A DNA stretch of 64,000 bases, from assembly GCA_028534125.1 (NCBI GenBank), contig CM052816.1:96226001-96290000 (forward strand), given 5' to 3'. Origin of the DNA: Lama glama. Lineage: Eukaryota. The notes beneath the pieces were generated by a model. The model worked only from the letters and a program-made list of their open reading frames with translations, was not told the origin of the DNA and did not search any database. Numbering within the stretch: position 1 is the first letter of the stretch; each line of letters starts with the position of its first letter. The position numbers were made by a program, and so were the translations under genes. Below are positions 36,546-49,727 of this stretch, piece after piece.

Positions 36546-39299
36546 TCATCACAATATTCCTTTCTAGATAATTTGATGTCTCCTTTGGTGTCAGTGTTGA
36601 GGAGTAAATAGCATTAGGGACCTCTCAGCTAAAAACAGCGCTGCTATTATTAATAATAATGAATAACAACAAATAGTGAGATTTATAACAACTGTCTTTT
36701 ATATAATGCCTTTTTCCTGAATTTAACCGATGGCTGCTGGAAATTTGTTCTGATTTGTGTTTCCTGCAGGACCAGCTTAAGGCAGGAATTATTCTGGCCC
36801 AGAGGGTGGCACGGAGGGTTGGGGTCCTGTCGACAGGTGTGCCACGAGTCAGATGAAGCTGGAAGGGTACCAATCTTCCAGCTCCAGCCCAGCAAGCTCT
36901 GGGGACATGACTCTCGGCAACAGGTGGGAAGACAGGTCTGTGCCGTCTGCCGGTGTTTCTGTTGCCAGCATGTGAGTCTGGGGCTTGCAGAGCACAAAGC
37001 AATTCAGCTTTTTCACGGTGCTCTGCCAGCTCAGCACCTTGTAGGTACGGCACAGGCAAGTAGGTCCCACAACAGACCAGGGAAGGCAGCCACCCTCTGC
37101 CTGCTCTCGTCTCTTGGGCAACTGCACTTGGAGCGCAGTCATGAATCCACAGGCGCCGGCCGCCACCAGGCACAGCCGCCCGGGAGGCGTTTTCGGTTTC
37201 CCCCTTTTCCTTTCAAGGAGAATAAACCTCTTGTCTGTCTTCATCAGGCTCCCGGGAGGAGGAGATTTTACAGTTACATGCAGAGCTGAATCTCCCTGCT
37301 GTTTCCTTGTCCACCGGCTCAGAGAAAAGCAGGGAGAGATTATAACTTAATTGTCAACTGATAGACTGCGGGCTTCTGTGTGCTCACACCCAGACTGAGT
37401 TAGTTTGTATTTGACCCTTAAATATTCCTTTTGAGAAAAGAAAAGCTGAAGATTTCAGCCCAAGAGCTCCCTGGATTCTTTCCAATGTTTCTCTGCCATC
37501 TTCCTCTTATAGCAAGACAGGGAAACCTCTCAGGTTAACATTGGCTGGAGAAAACAAAGAATGCATTTCTGAGGAACTGATACCTACATGACCAGATTTT
37601 TAAAAAATAAATAATGAGGAAAGATGGAGTTTTGGGGTTTTTTTGACAAAAGCCATTGATTTTCCAGAAATACGCCTAAAGAAGTACACTAAATAGGAAC
37701 AGGGTAACAATTAGCAGTAAATACTCATTTCTTTGTTAAATATACTTTTCATAATAGAATATAAGTAATTTGTTATTAGAAAGTCCATTTTATAAATGAA
37801 TTTCAAAGTGTTAAAAAGAGAAATTGAATATAACTAAACTATTTGTCTCCTTCAAAATCATATTCACATTTTTCATCTTTTGAATATCTGTTTTTCAAAG
37901 GCAATGCAGTTTATCTATTAAAATGTTTATAAATGATAACAACTGATACAATTTCCCAAGATTCTTGTACATGTCTGGCGCTGTGCTAGATTTTATCCCC
38001 TCCTTTCCTTAATCATTACACCCTGAGAGAAAAGTCAAATGTCGTCTTCATTTTTCAGAGGAGGAAATGGTGGCTCAGACTTTGAGCATCCTGCCCAAGG
38101 TCACACAGCTGATGCGATGGGAAACCAGGTTCAGAGCTTTGTCCCCTAGGCTCAGACTTTGTCTTTGGTTCTCTGCACTGCCCCGGTATAATGAGGGCAT
38201 CCGGTTCAGTGGTAGATTTCAGCAGGAACGACTCGTTTGACGGCATTTGTCCCGTGTGTTCTGGAGCTAGAGGTAGGTGGTGCCAGGGGAGACCCATGTC
38301 TGCTCACAGCCACTCCCATGAGTGTCTTTGTTATCATGTCTGCCACCAGGATAGGATAAGAGGACCAAAAGGAGGTTTTGTACTCCTGGGTTGTTGTAAA
38401 CTGAGTCTGCAACCTCCAGCTGTTCTAGAGGTGACCCGGGGGCCTCAGGAGAGGCTGAGAAAAGCACCTGCCTGCACCGTCCAGCTGTGCACACATGACA
38501 ACTCAGAGCCAACAGTACGGCGTTTTCAAATCCTCATAGCTGTTTTCCTTGGAAAGTTATTTTGAAAGAACAATATTTTAAAGATATATTTTAGTCAAGT
38601 TTGACCTCAAAAAAGAAAACGTGTGAAATGATTTTAATTTTAGTCTTTTTTGCATAACCCATTTAGTAAGTAGAATGAAAAAACCGTGCAAACAATAAAG
38701 CGACTCAGCAGAGTGGGTGGTGACCTCTGGGCATGGGACCTGTTCCTTTTCCTCCATATCCTCACTCTAAGACTTACCCACCACAAGTATGTGTTAGGAC
38801 TGTCTGCTGCACTTTGAGGAGCAGGGGCATCTGGAGAGGGCTGGACATGGGGACAGCGTAGGACAGTGGAAGGTCACAGCACCGTCCTCGCATGCAGCCC
38901 GGGCACAGCCAGGGGCCCCAGCGCAGCGCGGAGGTGGTACTGTCCAGGGATGCGGGCGATGAGGCAGCCAAGAACAGCCCCTAGCTTAATTGCCGCTGAT
39001 GTAAACACCACTGGGAAGTCAGAACCTGCCACCTGGAGGAAAACAGACTGGCGGAGAGCTGACAGTTCTTGCCTCCCTGCTTCGGGAAGAGAAGCATGAT
39101 CACAGGACTCAGGCGGGAAGAGTCGCCCCCAGAAATCAGCCGTTATTCTCCCACCCCCGGCCCCAGGGAAACAGTGTGGCCCCCGCTTTCCTGGCAGAGT
39201 GAAGCCCCTCAGTCTAAGGAGAGGAAAGCTGGGGGAGTGGCAATGGGAAGGCTTTTGATTTAGACTTTAAAGTCAGTTTACGGATTGCGCACTAATTAG

Positions 39300-39990
39300 C
39301 CCAGCGGGCCAGTAAACTTTCTCTGTAAAGAGACAGACAGGAAATACTTCCAGTTTCCCAGGCTACGTGGTCCCTGTTGCAGCCGCGCCGCCCTGTCCTT
39401 GTAGGGGCCGCGGCTGCAGTGAGTGGGTGTGGCCGTGTGTCAGCAAAGGGCACGGATTCGTCAGGCACAGGAATGATTCACTCTTACACTCAGTTTCTCA
39501 CTTACACAGACAACAGAAGTTAGAGCAGAAAAGGCATCTGTCCTTTGTCCCGCAGATGACACCAAAACAGAAGAGTCCAGATGACAAGGCGCAGGCGAGC
39601 ATGGGGGCCACGTTGCCGAGGAGGTGACTCACTGCCCTAGTTTATAGGCCTGCAGTTGTACCCTGGCGGGGGCGAGAGTAAAAAGAAAACTCCTTGTTCC
39701 TCATCTGAACCCAGGCGGTGATGAGAAGCTATCTCATCTCCCCTGGAACACAGGGAGGCGGGAGGGGAGCCACTCGTAGCGGGCCCTCGTACTCCTCCCA
39801 TGAGCCATGTTCGGGATGGTCCCAGGGCGTTCTGCCAAAGCTTAGGTCAGCTGCGGCTCAGCCCTGCCCTGTGTGGAGCCGTGAGAAGCCAGCCAGGCAC
39901 CAGGGCCGAGCAGCCCCTTACCCTGGGTTTCAGTAGAACTTTAGGGAGCAGGCTGGATTAGACCCATGGGCTGTTTGCTGATTCCTGAAT
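39300..39990. mobile_element. MER58A-like MITE halves (about 39300-39450 and 39940-39990) around a roughly 480-bp LTR-like insert
   Basis: AAACTTTCTCTGTAAAG...GGGTGTGGCCGTGTG on the left and CAGGCTGGATTAGACCCATGGGCTGTTTGCTGATTCCTG on the right. The intervening sequence is unrelated and carries TTTATAGG. Confidence 0.55.
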
Positions 39991-41184
39991 TAGATTATTA
40001 TCCTATTTGCCTTTTGAATGAAGAAATGTGCCCTAAACTATTATATATACTAATGTATAAAATTAGGTGTTAATGTATGTAAATTAAGTATTAAATAGCA
40101 TAACTTAACTTTAAACCCTAGTATTTTCTTAATATTATGTCATTCTCGGCTCTTATGAGTGTTTACTCATAGGTTTTTTATTTTGTATTTGACACCCACC
40201 ACGATTATGAGATAAGATAAACCTATCAGGTGGCAGAGTTAACATTTTATAGATGAGGGATTGATCGGAGTCAGAGCGAGAATGTCCAAAGAAGAGAAAC
40301 TAGAATTCTGAGTACGGCCGCCAGTGCACTTCGTTCAGCCGTGGGCACGTGAGCTTCCGAGGGCTCACATCTTCCCAGGTTCTGTGCAGCCTGGAGCATG
40401 TGCGCAGCCTGAGACAGGCTCAGCAGAGATTTATCCAATTAGCAGATACCCTGCCTCTCCCCTTTCTGCTGTTTTACTTTGTCCCCTAAAAAGAAAACCT
40501 CAGTTCTTATGAAACAGTAAAACTCCCTTTATGGAACAGTGTAGTGATATAAAACATCAGCCAGAGAACTGAACATCCTTCTGCCTTCGGTGTTTTTGCT
40601 TTATTATGAAAACTAATTGGAGAGAGAAGAAAAGCTGAGAACTGGAGGAATCTCAGCCTCTGTGTAACACAGAGGAGATGTGCCTTGTGAATTTTGCTTC
40701 ATAGAACTGGAGGGGAGGAGGAACCCATTTAAAAAAAAAATTGAGCTCCATTCGTGAATGGGTATCTAGTCATTCTTAATCTAGTTAGCCTGTAAGAAAA
40801 AAACCAGCACCTCATTAGGAAAATTAGCATGGAAAGTAGCTTACTGTGGACGTTTACTGCTCGAAAGAACAAAGTTTTAAACGGTGGTGTTAATAGGCTG
40901 GCACCCTTATTAATTAAATATTCCCTAAAGACACCATCTGCCTGATGGGAGAAACACACGATGTACAGAGAGAAACTGCAGGGTCTCCACAAGGTTCCCC
41001 TGCAAGACAAGCTTAGCCATTCGGATATGCATCATAAAAACATCAGAAGGACATTTTGACATGTACCCATTTTACAAAGTAAATATTCTCCCTTCAAAAT
41101 GAATTTAATATTTTCCAAATCTCAGAATCTTGGGGTTTTGTTTGCATTGACTTTGGTTTAGCCTCTAAAGACCGTGGATTTTCC

Positions 41185-41315
41185 TTAGTCAATTCATTCA
41201 TAGTATATTTATTGAACTTCATATGTGCCAAGCACCAAGCCAGGCTCTGCGTGTACAGTGATGGATGAGGCATCCCCGACCCTGTCTTTGTGGGGCTCAG
41301 GATCTAATGAGAAAT
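41185..41315 (-). mobile_element. L2 3' end fragment
   Basis: ATTCATTCATAGTATATTTATTGAACTTCATATGTGCCAAGCACC. Confidence 0.75.
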
Positions 41316-41927
41316 TCTGACATAATAAAATCTCCCAAATACCTCTTGTGGATCTGAGCCAAAGGGCCTTGGAGTTACCTTAGACTTAATCCCAAAATCG
41401 ATTTATCATTAAAGTCTGATCCTGGACTCCACTAGGACCTAATCTCCAAGCCCGCTACCCCTGTCCAATTGTGTGTTAACCTATATCTGAATCACAACCA
41501 ATCTTAACTCTCTAAATGGTCAGGGAATTCATTACCAAGTTATGACATATTGATTCAATGGAGTATTCACTCAATGGGTTATTCTGAACTCATTGAATGA
41601 TGACTATGAAGACATCTTTATGGTATTATGTTAATTGAAAAAAAAAGATGACGTGTTTGCCATCATCACAACTGTTTAAAAATAGAAGGGAAAAGCCAAA
41701 AATATGCTTTCCAGCATGCTAATTGCAACTGTAAAGAGCACATTGTAAGAGAGGATCCAAGGCGGGCTTGGACTGGAACGCAGTGTCATCCAGCAACGTC
41801 TCGAGTTAGCACCCGCAAGTCCTGGGCAGGGTGGAAAAGAAACAGTCCTAATGCGATAGGCAGAGCATCAACGTACGTGAACTAGATAGTAAATGAAGAA
41901 ACGTAAGTCCTACTACTGCTCTGTAGT

Positions 41928-42132
41928 CAGGGAGAAAGCTAGGTTTCGTGGGGTCTGAAGCTCGCACAATTTGGGAGGAATTCTCTACTCTGAGAGGGAT
42001 TCTTTATTCTAAGGAAAACAATATCAAATTATAAATACAAAACACTACAGCCAATCACAGAACTTTAAAGGGTCTCATGAAGTCAGGAAGCTTAAGCTTA
42101 AGCTTCCTTAGCATCATGGGAAATCCACCTTT
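41928..42132. mobile_element. hAT-Tip100-type MITE (ORSL-like)
   Basis: AGGTTTCGTGGGGTCTGAAGCT...ACAATTTGGG, AAATTATAAATACAAA and AAGCTTAAGCTTCCTTAGCATCATGGGAAATCCACCT resemble the consensus as I recall it. The family name is uncertain. Confidence 0.5.
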
Positions 42133-45100
42133 AACAGTGATGTAAGCATATATTTGATCCAGGTAGACAATGAAAGCAAAGAAAGTATGTGACTTCCATC
42201 TTGTAGAGGTGCCACGGGCAGCCCCTGCAACCATGGGGTGGTTAGTCCATTTTTCCCCTTCTCTTCTTCTGCCAAATACATTGATATTATCCGATTGTTA
42301 CCATGGAGAATAAGTTCCTAAGAATATGAAAGGATGCTAGAAATATTCCACAGGTAAGTTCACTGATACAGGCTCTTAGCTTTCCTTAGCTCTCCTCAGC
42401 TACCCAAGAGTTTTGGGTCCAGCTTTCTGTTCAGTTCCCTAAAAGAGCATATTTGTTTTTCAAATGGCAATCTAGATTCCAAACAGTCACTTGGATAAAG
42501 TTTTCAGATCAGTATAATTACCAAAGTTTTGTACTTCAGTGGTGTTTTAGAAACACAACTACAGGGCTCACAGTGTGAGGTTTCATTATTTCATGTCTAA
42601 CCCACAGGCCTCCTGCTTTTGAGCTCCCAAATTTTGAGTTATGAAAAGAATTCTGTGGGAAAGGTTGGGCTGCAGCAGTTTTCTCGGCTCCAGATCATTG
42701 CATCTGAGTTATCCTGAGCAGAAACACCTTGACTTTTATCCACTGAGCTCCCCTCTAAGATTGTCTCTGCAGCATGGTCCAGTGAATGAATGATTCTTAA
42801 GGAAATAATTATTCCCATGTGTCTGCAAAGCAGCTTGCATATGTGACGATCATGAGCTTTGAATTCAAGTAGATTCTGGATAAGCCTTTGGCTTGGTGTG
42901 TGATTATGAGCAAGATTATGAGCAGTGTCAGGATGTTACTGGGGCAGAAAGACAGACTGTATACTGGCTCTGATACATAGAAAAAGTTCAATATGAGCTG
43001 GCTCCTTTCCTTTCCAGCTTGAGTATTGTAGTCAGTTCATGTAGGTCCTGCCCGTCCAGTGCTGCTCATGTACAGGTGTTTTGCCGCCTTTGCCCAGATA
43101 TGCATCACATTGCCTCTAGACCAAATGGAGGGCAGAGAATTTGTTCTTCCACCTTTAAACAACTTCACATTATCTGATGTACAGGGCCCATCAGACCAGA
43201 TTCTGCAGCTTGCATTAAATTATTTACCTACCTCTGGTCTGTTTGGGCAAACGGATTTTCTGGCAGTTGTGAGACTCCACCATGACCGCATTCTGTGTGG
43301 AGGTGAGTGATGTCGGCATGGCTCCATCCGACCGGCAGGAGCATCTGTCCGTGGGTATTCCATAATCCCCTGTCTCAAGTGAGCGTGTACCTATCCATAT
43401 AAGAGGGACTGAGTTTCAGGTACTTATGGAGGCTGGACAGGGTGAGGTGTGAAGAGAGCCAAGTGCTTAACTTTGTGTCCCCAGGCTCATCCTGGTGGTT
43501 GGGGAGGCAACAGAGAATCCAGGTGCAAGGTAGGCACCACACACACCCCAACTGTCCCACTGAGATGAGAGGATGTTCTTGCGATGGGCTGTGCTCCACA
43601 GGAGGACTCCTTGGCCCAGCCTCAGTCCTCAGTCCAAGGCTCAGTCCTGGGCAAACGGTTAAGTAGACTGAATTATAAGAAACCAAAATAATAATTTTTT
43701 TTCCCTTCTGGACTTACTGTCTTCTAAGATTCTGAGTAAAAGCTAAGATGTGTTGCCTCACACCCTGTGCACTTATTAGCTGTGACTGTAGGTCCTTCAG
43801 CCTCTCCTGGGTCTTCTGATTCTTCCCACTAAGCCCTCATTTACAGAAGGGTTTCTCTTGAAGAAATGTGACATGGGCAGGAAGTAACCGGGTCTTCATC
43901 CTTAGCTTGGATTGGCCAGAGAGGAGAGGAAACTTGGAGGAGCCTATAATTACCTCTGTTTTACGGAAGAGAGAGCACGGAACACCAGGAGTGTAGACTG
44001 TTCCCTGAATGAAAAAAAACAGGGATTCTTTCTTTCCTTCCTGGACACGTGGACTTAGCGTTTTCTGCTCATCACTCCTGGTAATGACTTCAATATCCCT
44101 GAGCTGTGAAAGGCCCGCGTTTACTCCCCGGGCCCCTTCCACACCGAGTGCAAAGCTGCACATGGCCAAGGCCGCCTTCCCTGGAGAGCTTCTCTCCAGG
44201 GACATAATTGGCCCTTCCAGAGAGATTTTAGATTTCTTCTAGAGAAAAGTTCTCAATGACTGAGGCCCACCCAGAGGCCAAGATAAACAGTTTAGGATTC
44301 TGTGTGGGACCGCTGGGTGAAGAGAGACTGTCCGTCTCACATCAGAAGCCCAAGCTGATCGCAAGTACTGGATTCCAGAAAGCACTTTTGTTTTGCTTAT
44401 TTTCAAATGTCTTCTACTTTTTTCACTATTTATTTTTAGCTATCAATTTTTCATAATGCTTCACTGTAAAATTTGTATCAATCTTGTTTTAAAACCGATT
44501 TTTCAGGAAACGCTGTGTTATATCCACTCAATAAGATTTTAACTGAAAACCATTTACTTAGTATTACTGGCAGTACAAGTCAATTTTTAATTTAATATTA
44601 AAAGCAAACTGAAATGTGACAAATCCTCATTGTATTGGATCAATATAATTTAATGATAAGCCAATAGTGAATGGTTTTTAATATATTAAGTGTGAGTGAC
44701 TAATTGAAATTCTAGTGCATTAATTTCTCCTACAAATCAGAGCATGTACCATGAATTATTTTTAAATGCCTTTGGCAAGTTCTGCATAATGAGAGTAAAC
44801 ATATATTTTTTAGTAATTATGTCTTTGTGTACCTGGCATGTGTCCTAACTTTAAAAAATGTTATTGCAATTGTAGTTGTAGATTAGTTCTTCAGGGAATT
44901 ATAGATTGATCTTCTAGTAGATTTCATGATCTGACACATCTTGTATATTATAGCCAAATTTCCCTTGTTTAGGCAAAACCCCAGCATTTTAATCGCATCA
45001 GTATACTTCTCTGGTGTCCTAAGGAACTCTCAGCCCAGCCAAGCTGCAGGGCTCACGTCTCTGATCATGCCATGTGCGCGTGACCACGTGTCATCCTTCC

Positions 45101-48100
45101 CGGGGCCGTCATGCCCGGGGATGTGCTCCTCACTCAGCTAAACCCCAGCTTCATTCAGAGGCCAGCCTAAACATCACTTCCTCCTGGAAGCCTTCAGGGC
45201 CAGTCTCTTTCCTCTGACTCCTGTACCGCCAGCATGTTCTCCCTCACCGGGATGTTGTCAAGCACCGTTATGAATGTGTTCTCACTCCCTCGCTAGATTG
45301 CAAGTTCATTCCTGGTCCCAATGTCTTCAACACACGGCGCTGCGCTTACGTATGCAAGTGGTAAAAAAAAAAAAAAAAAAAAAAAACCACTGTGAGTTGA
45401 TCCAAACGTGTTGTTGAACTACTTTGCACCACTTAATGGAACACATTGTGGTATCTCACGTTACCTTATTAAATAAAGAGCCCATGGCATTCACGGATTT
45501 AGTGTTCTGGGTATAGAATGTTTTCAAACACTCCCAGAAGTCAGTAGCATATATTAATTTATAATTATGTTTACAGACTAAGTAGAATAACTGTATGCAT
45601 CCATCTCAAAAGAGCTTTGTTTCTTTCTCTACTACTTGACATAATTTAATCCTCAGTGCAGCCTAGTGAAGTGAACGTTGTCTTTCCAGTTTTGCGGAAG
45701 AGGAAGCTGAAGAAAACACAAGCTGCAGCTGGATTCACCAGTTGAGGGGTTTGTGGGTGTCTCAGAATGCGTTTCTTGGGAAAGTTATTGTCTAACTGGA
45801 TTTTTTTCAGTCTTTTAGCAAGATCATGTTTTTAACACAGCTCTTAAAGCAAAAGCAGGTTCTGAAGTGTATGGTGACAGAGTGGTCAGGAATAAGGCCC
45901 CTCAGATCGTCTCTGGAATGAAGGACTGTCTGTCGTTCACAAACAGATGGATTGCTCTCATCCGCTATCACCATCGTGATAAGTGATGTGCGATTTTTGC
46001 ACAGAATTCGGGGAGCACTTTAAAGGTGCAGCACTTGGAAGCCAGAGTCCCTAAGGAAGGAGGCTGAGGGCTCAGCTGGTTCTGCTCTCAAGCTTCTGCC
46101 AAAGCCCCGCCTCCGTTTAGTCCGTGTTTCTTCAGACTCTCAAGTTCACTCCCTCCTCCCTGAGCACCATTCTCATACCAAGCTCGCTGCCATGATGTCC
46201 TGTTTTTGCTGAAAACTATCATGTCTCTCACTCGATTCATCTTACTGGTCCTGGTTTAAATGCCTCTCCCCACATATTTCCTGGTCTCCCTTCTGTTTTT
46301 TCCTTTTCAACTGGCTGCTGATATTTATCCGTGTAATTGTTTAATGCTTATTTCCTTCACTGAAAGGTGAGATCTCTGGGTGCACTGACTCTGTTTTATT
46401 TGCCTGGGACACTCAGCGCTTTCAGAGTCAGTTCATGGAAGGTGCTCAGTACGTGCTTGATGAGTGAATGATGGAGACACTTCCAAAATCCCGTGTTTAA
46501 TGAATACATTTTGTTGCAATAACAAAAATTCTTAATATCAAAACTGAACTGACATAATGGCAATTAGTGTGAGAGAAACCATCCGGATGAAGTCACCGAT
46601 ACTCAGATCATCTAATACGCAAGGGGATTTTACTCAGTAATTAGCTCCAGCTTTCCAAAATTATGGGGAAAAAACTGTATTGAATATGCTTATTTTTTCC
46701 TATTACTCAACAAATGGTGTAACCCCAAACCTCAGAAAGTAAAAGAAGAGTTTAGATAAATTTTGCTGTCATTAGGTAAATTTCCCGTAAGAGGAAAAGG
46801 AGTTTACCCTTCTAGAATTCAAGCCCACCTCTAAATATACATTTAGCTCTAAAATCCACTTTCAATAAATACGTTTTCAAATTAAATATCAGATGCTGGC
46901 CAACGTGTTTTCTGAATTCTGATACTTTCAAATACCAGGGCAAGGTATCAAATGAGAATAATCTAAGGTTCTTAACAAAATAAGGGAAAAAATTATATAA
47001 AAGATTCATCACACAAAGAAAAACATTTTCAAAGTGAAATGAAGAAAAGCCACTTTCATGATGGCTGCGTTAATAGGAAGTCTGTGATTTTCCACATGAT
47101 CTCTTCCAAAAATAATGTCACGATGACTGGTTTTTCTTAAAGTATAATTTGGAATAAAGGTAGCGCCCATCAGAATGTTGCCCATGGTATGAAATATTTT
47201 AAGTGAAGAAAACTATATATAAATGGTATTTTCAATGGATGGGCACTTGTGTTTGTAGATAAGTTTTAGTATTTGAAGGGATAAGTGTAATTTTGAGAAT
47301 CTGCAGAACCATCAGCAGTATCGGAAGGAAGAGATGTTATTACAAGCAGCTTTTCATTTAAAACAGCTTAAAATATTCCATGTAACCCTGTGGCATTGTT
47401 TGAAATCTACAAACAGCTTTGCAGGGGAGCCTTGGGCAAAGTTAGGGACTTGGTGGAATTTCCTCCTTTCCTGAAAGTTTAATTTTGTCTAATGGTCATG
47501 TTGCTTTAATGAGAAACATGAAAAGGAATTCAGGCTTCTGGAGTAATTCTCTAAGCGTAGTCTCCTGCTCACTGGCAGGGAGACAGGCTCAAACATGGAG
47601 CGCATTCCACCGTGTGGTGCACACCGTGGCATCCATCAGTGATGCTAGCTCAGTAGGGCTAAGCCAGGGTCAGTGCACTGGAATTGGAGAAAATCTACGG
47701 CAAATAGCCAGTGAGGCTTTCCCAAATAAGGCACCACGTAAGCTGTAAGGAGTTAAATAACCTTCACGCTTTGCTTCCTACTCTTCCTTGTAAAAACCCA
47801 TCCTTGGCTCCTGTGGGCGGGACCTCCTACCTTCTTCCCGTTTGCCACTGCCGGATGTTAGATATGTCAGCAAAACTCTGGAAAAGTTTCATATGCCTCA
47901 GTTTACCTTTTAACACTTGTGTGGGCACTTACCAAAACGTTCTAGTGAGGTTCTGGTGACAGGTCACTGTTTCACAGCCCTTCCCACCCCAACCTAGTCC
48001 TGCTGTGAGAAGCGCCGTGTTACCCACGGGAACTTCCTTGGCTGGCTGAGGTATGATATTTGCCTAGTAACTTAATCAGTAATCGTCTGTACCTCTGTTG

Positions 48101-48959
48101 CTTGATTTATTGTCTTTAGACGTATCTTCCCCAGCTGTGGGGCTTGGACTTGGCCTTTCTCTGCTTTGGTTTCTTCATTTTAAATTGGGAGTGAATGGAG
48201 TGACTAACTGAGGAACAATATGTAAAGGTTTTACGAGGTTTAAATGAGCTAATAGAGGTCGAGTTCTTAGAACAGAGAATAACCTGCTTTATGCAAGGTT
48301 AACATCTGCTATATTAATTAGAGTTTTTAATATCATTAATATTAATGCCTTGTAATTACTTACACTACCTCCCTGGTTCCATGTTGGATAATTATGCTAT
48401 AATTTCTAGTCCTATTCTTGGTCAACCAGTAACTGTAACAGAGTCACCCTCTTGTAAGCTCTGTTATAACTCAGAAGACATTGGCACGTCCATGCTGCCC
48501 TCACCTACCCCTCCTCACAACCATGTCCTGCCCCTGACCTCTTGACCCCGTCAGAGAGAGGGTGGCCAGTGCCCTGCTTGTCTGTATAATTTTGGCTCCA
48601 CCACTGTCATCTGTCTGCTTCCCCCATCCCTACATCTACCTTCTACTGTGTTTATAATGTAAATGGGCCATCATCTTCACCCACAATGCCCATGTCATAT
48701 GAGTTCTTTTACTGAGACAAAGCTAAAGAATCTACCATCTACAATATTTCTGATAGAATATGTTGACTGTTGCAGACAGAGCTATACTAAGCCACTATTA
48801 AATTGAAGATTTTAATACATTTGTAAGCTACAATATGCAAATGGAAGACTTTCCTATTTTATAAAATTGAACTAACCATGTTGCAGAGTTTTGGGTATAT
48901 TTGCTTGTCCTTGAGCAAATTTTATAAATAATGTGACTCTGTTTTCTCATAAATAAAGT

Positions 48960-49272
48960 TAACATAATAATACCTCCCTCCTTAGAGTTGTTTAAATGTT
49001 TAATTGATGTAATAATTTTATTTGTTACATTAGGTGTTCAACAAATAGCCTGTTATTAAGGGATGATGATGGTAATGATGTTGACGGTGTCAGTGTTGGT
49101 GGTGGTGGTGATGATTATGATGATGACAAATTACATGAAAATATTAATACTTCCCCATAAAAGTTATGTGCAAATGATGTAATCATTTTATATATCACAG
49201 CAGGTGTTCAACAAATAACGCCTGTCCATAAGGGGATGGTGATGATGATGGTGATGATGGTGGTGGTGATAA
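48960..49272 (+). repeat. Diverged tandem duplication (about 170-bp period) of a MIR-end plus (GAT/GGT)n unit
   Basis: AGGTGTTCAACAAATA occurs at 49032 and 49202, each preceded by TGATGTAAT-ATTTTAT and followed by CCTGT..TAAGGG-ATG and GAT/GGT repeats. Confidence 0.75.
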
Positions 49273-49609
49273 CACCAACCATCTCAATCTTTGACATTTG
49301 CAAAATTCTGACTTTGGATTGTTCATGACACCAAAAGGCTTGTGTTATTAGCACACGTAGTCATTTAGTTGTCTGCCCTGTATCTTAAAAATAATAATAA
49401 TTATTATTATTATTATTTTTTAAAATAGATATGTCAGCAAAACTTAATGATTTAATTTTAATTAGGTACTTATTGGTGCCTGCAAATAGCTGTGTTCTCT
49501 AGTCTGCAGACTAAAACTTTGTTTCTCATAAGTAGTTCCCATGTCAAGCCATCAGGGTCAATTCCTGGACAAACCTGCCTTTCTGTTGACCCTTTGGTGT
49601 CTGTTTCAG

Positions 49610-49727
49610 CGCCTGTATTGGGGCCCAGGACCCCTACTGTGGCTGGGACGTGGTGATGAAGACATGCACGAGCCTGGAGGAGAGCCTGAGCATGACGCAG
49701 TGGGAGCAGAGCATCTCCACCTGTCCT
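49610..49727 (+). CDS. SEMA5A: Semaphorin-5A internal coding exon, PSI domain (118 bp; about human exon 13)
   Basis: TTTCAG acceptor ending at 49609, GTAAGT donor at 49728. Translates (S)ACIGAQDPYCGWDVVMKTCTSLEESLSMTQWEQSISTCP, with the PSI DPYCGW motif. The correct frame is not in the supplied ORF track. Confidence 0.96.
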
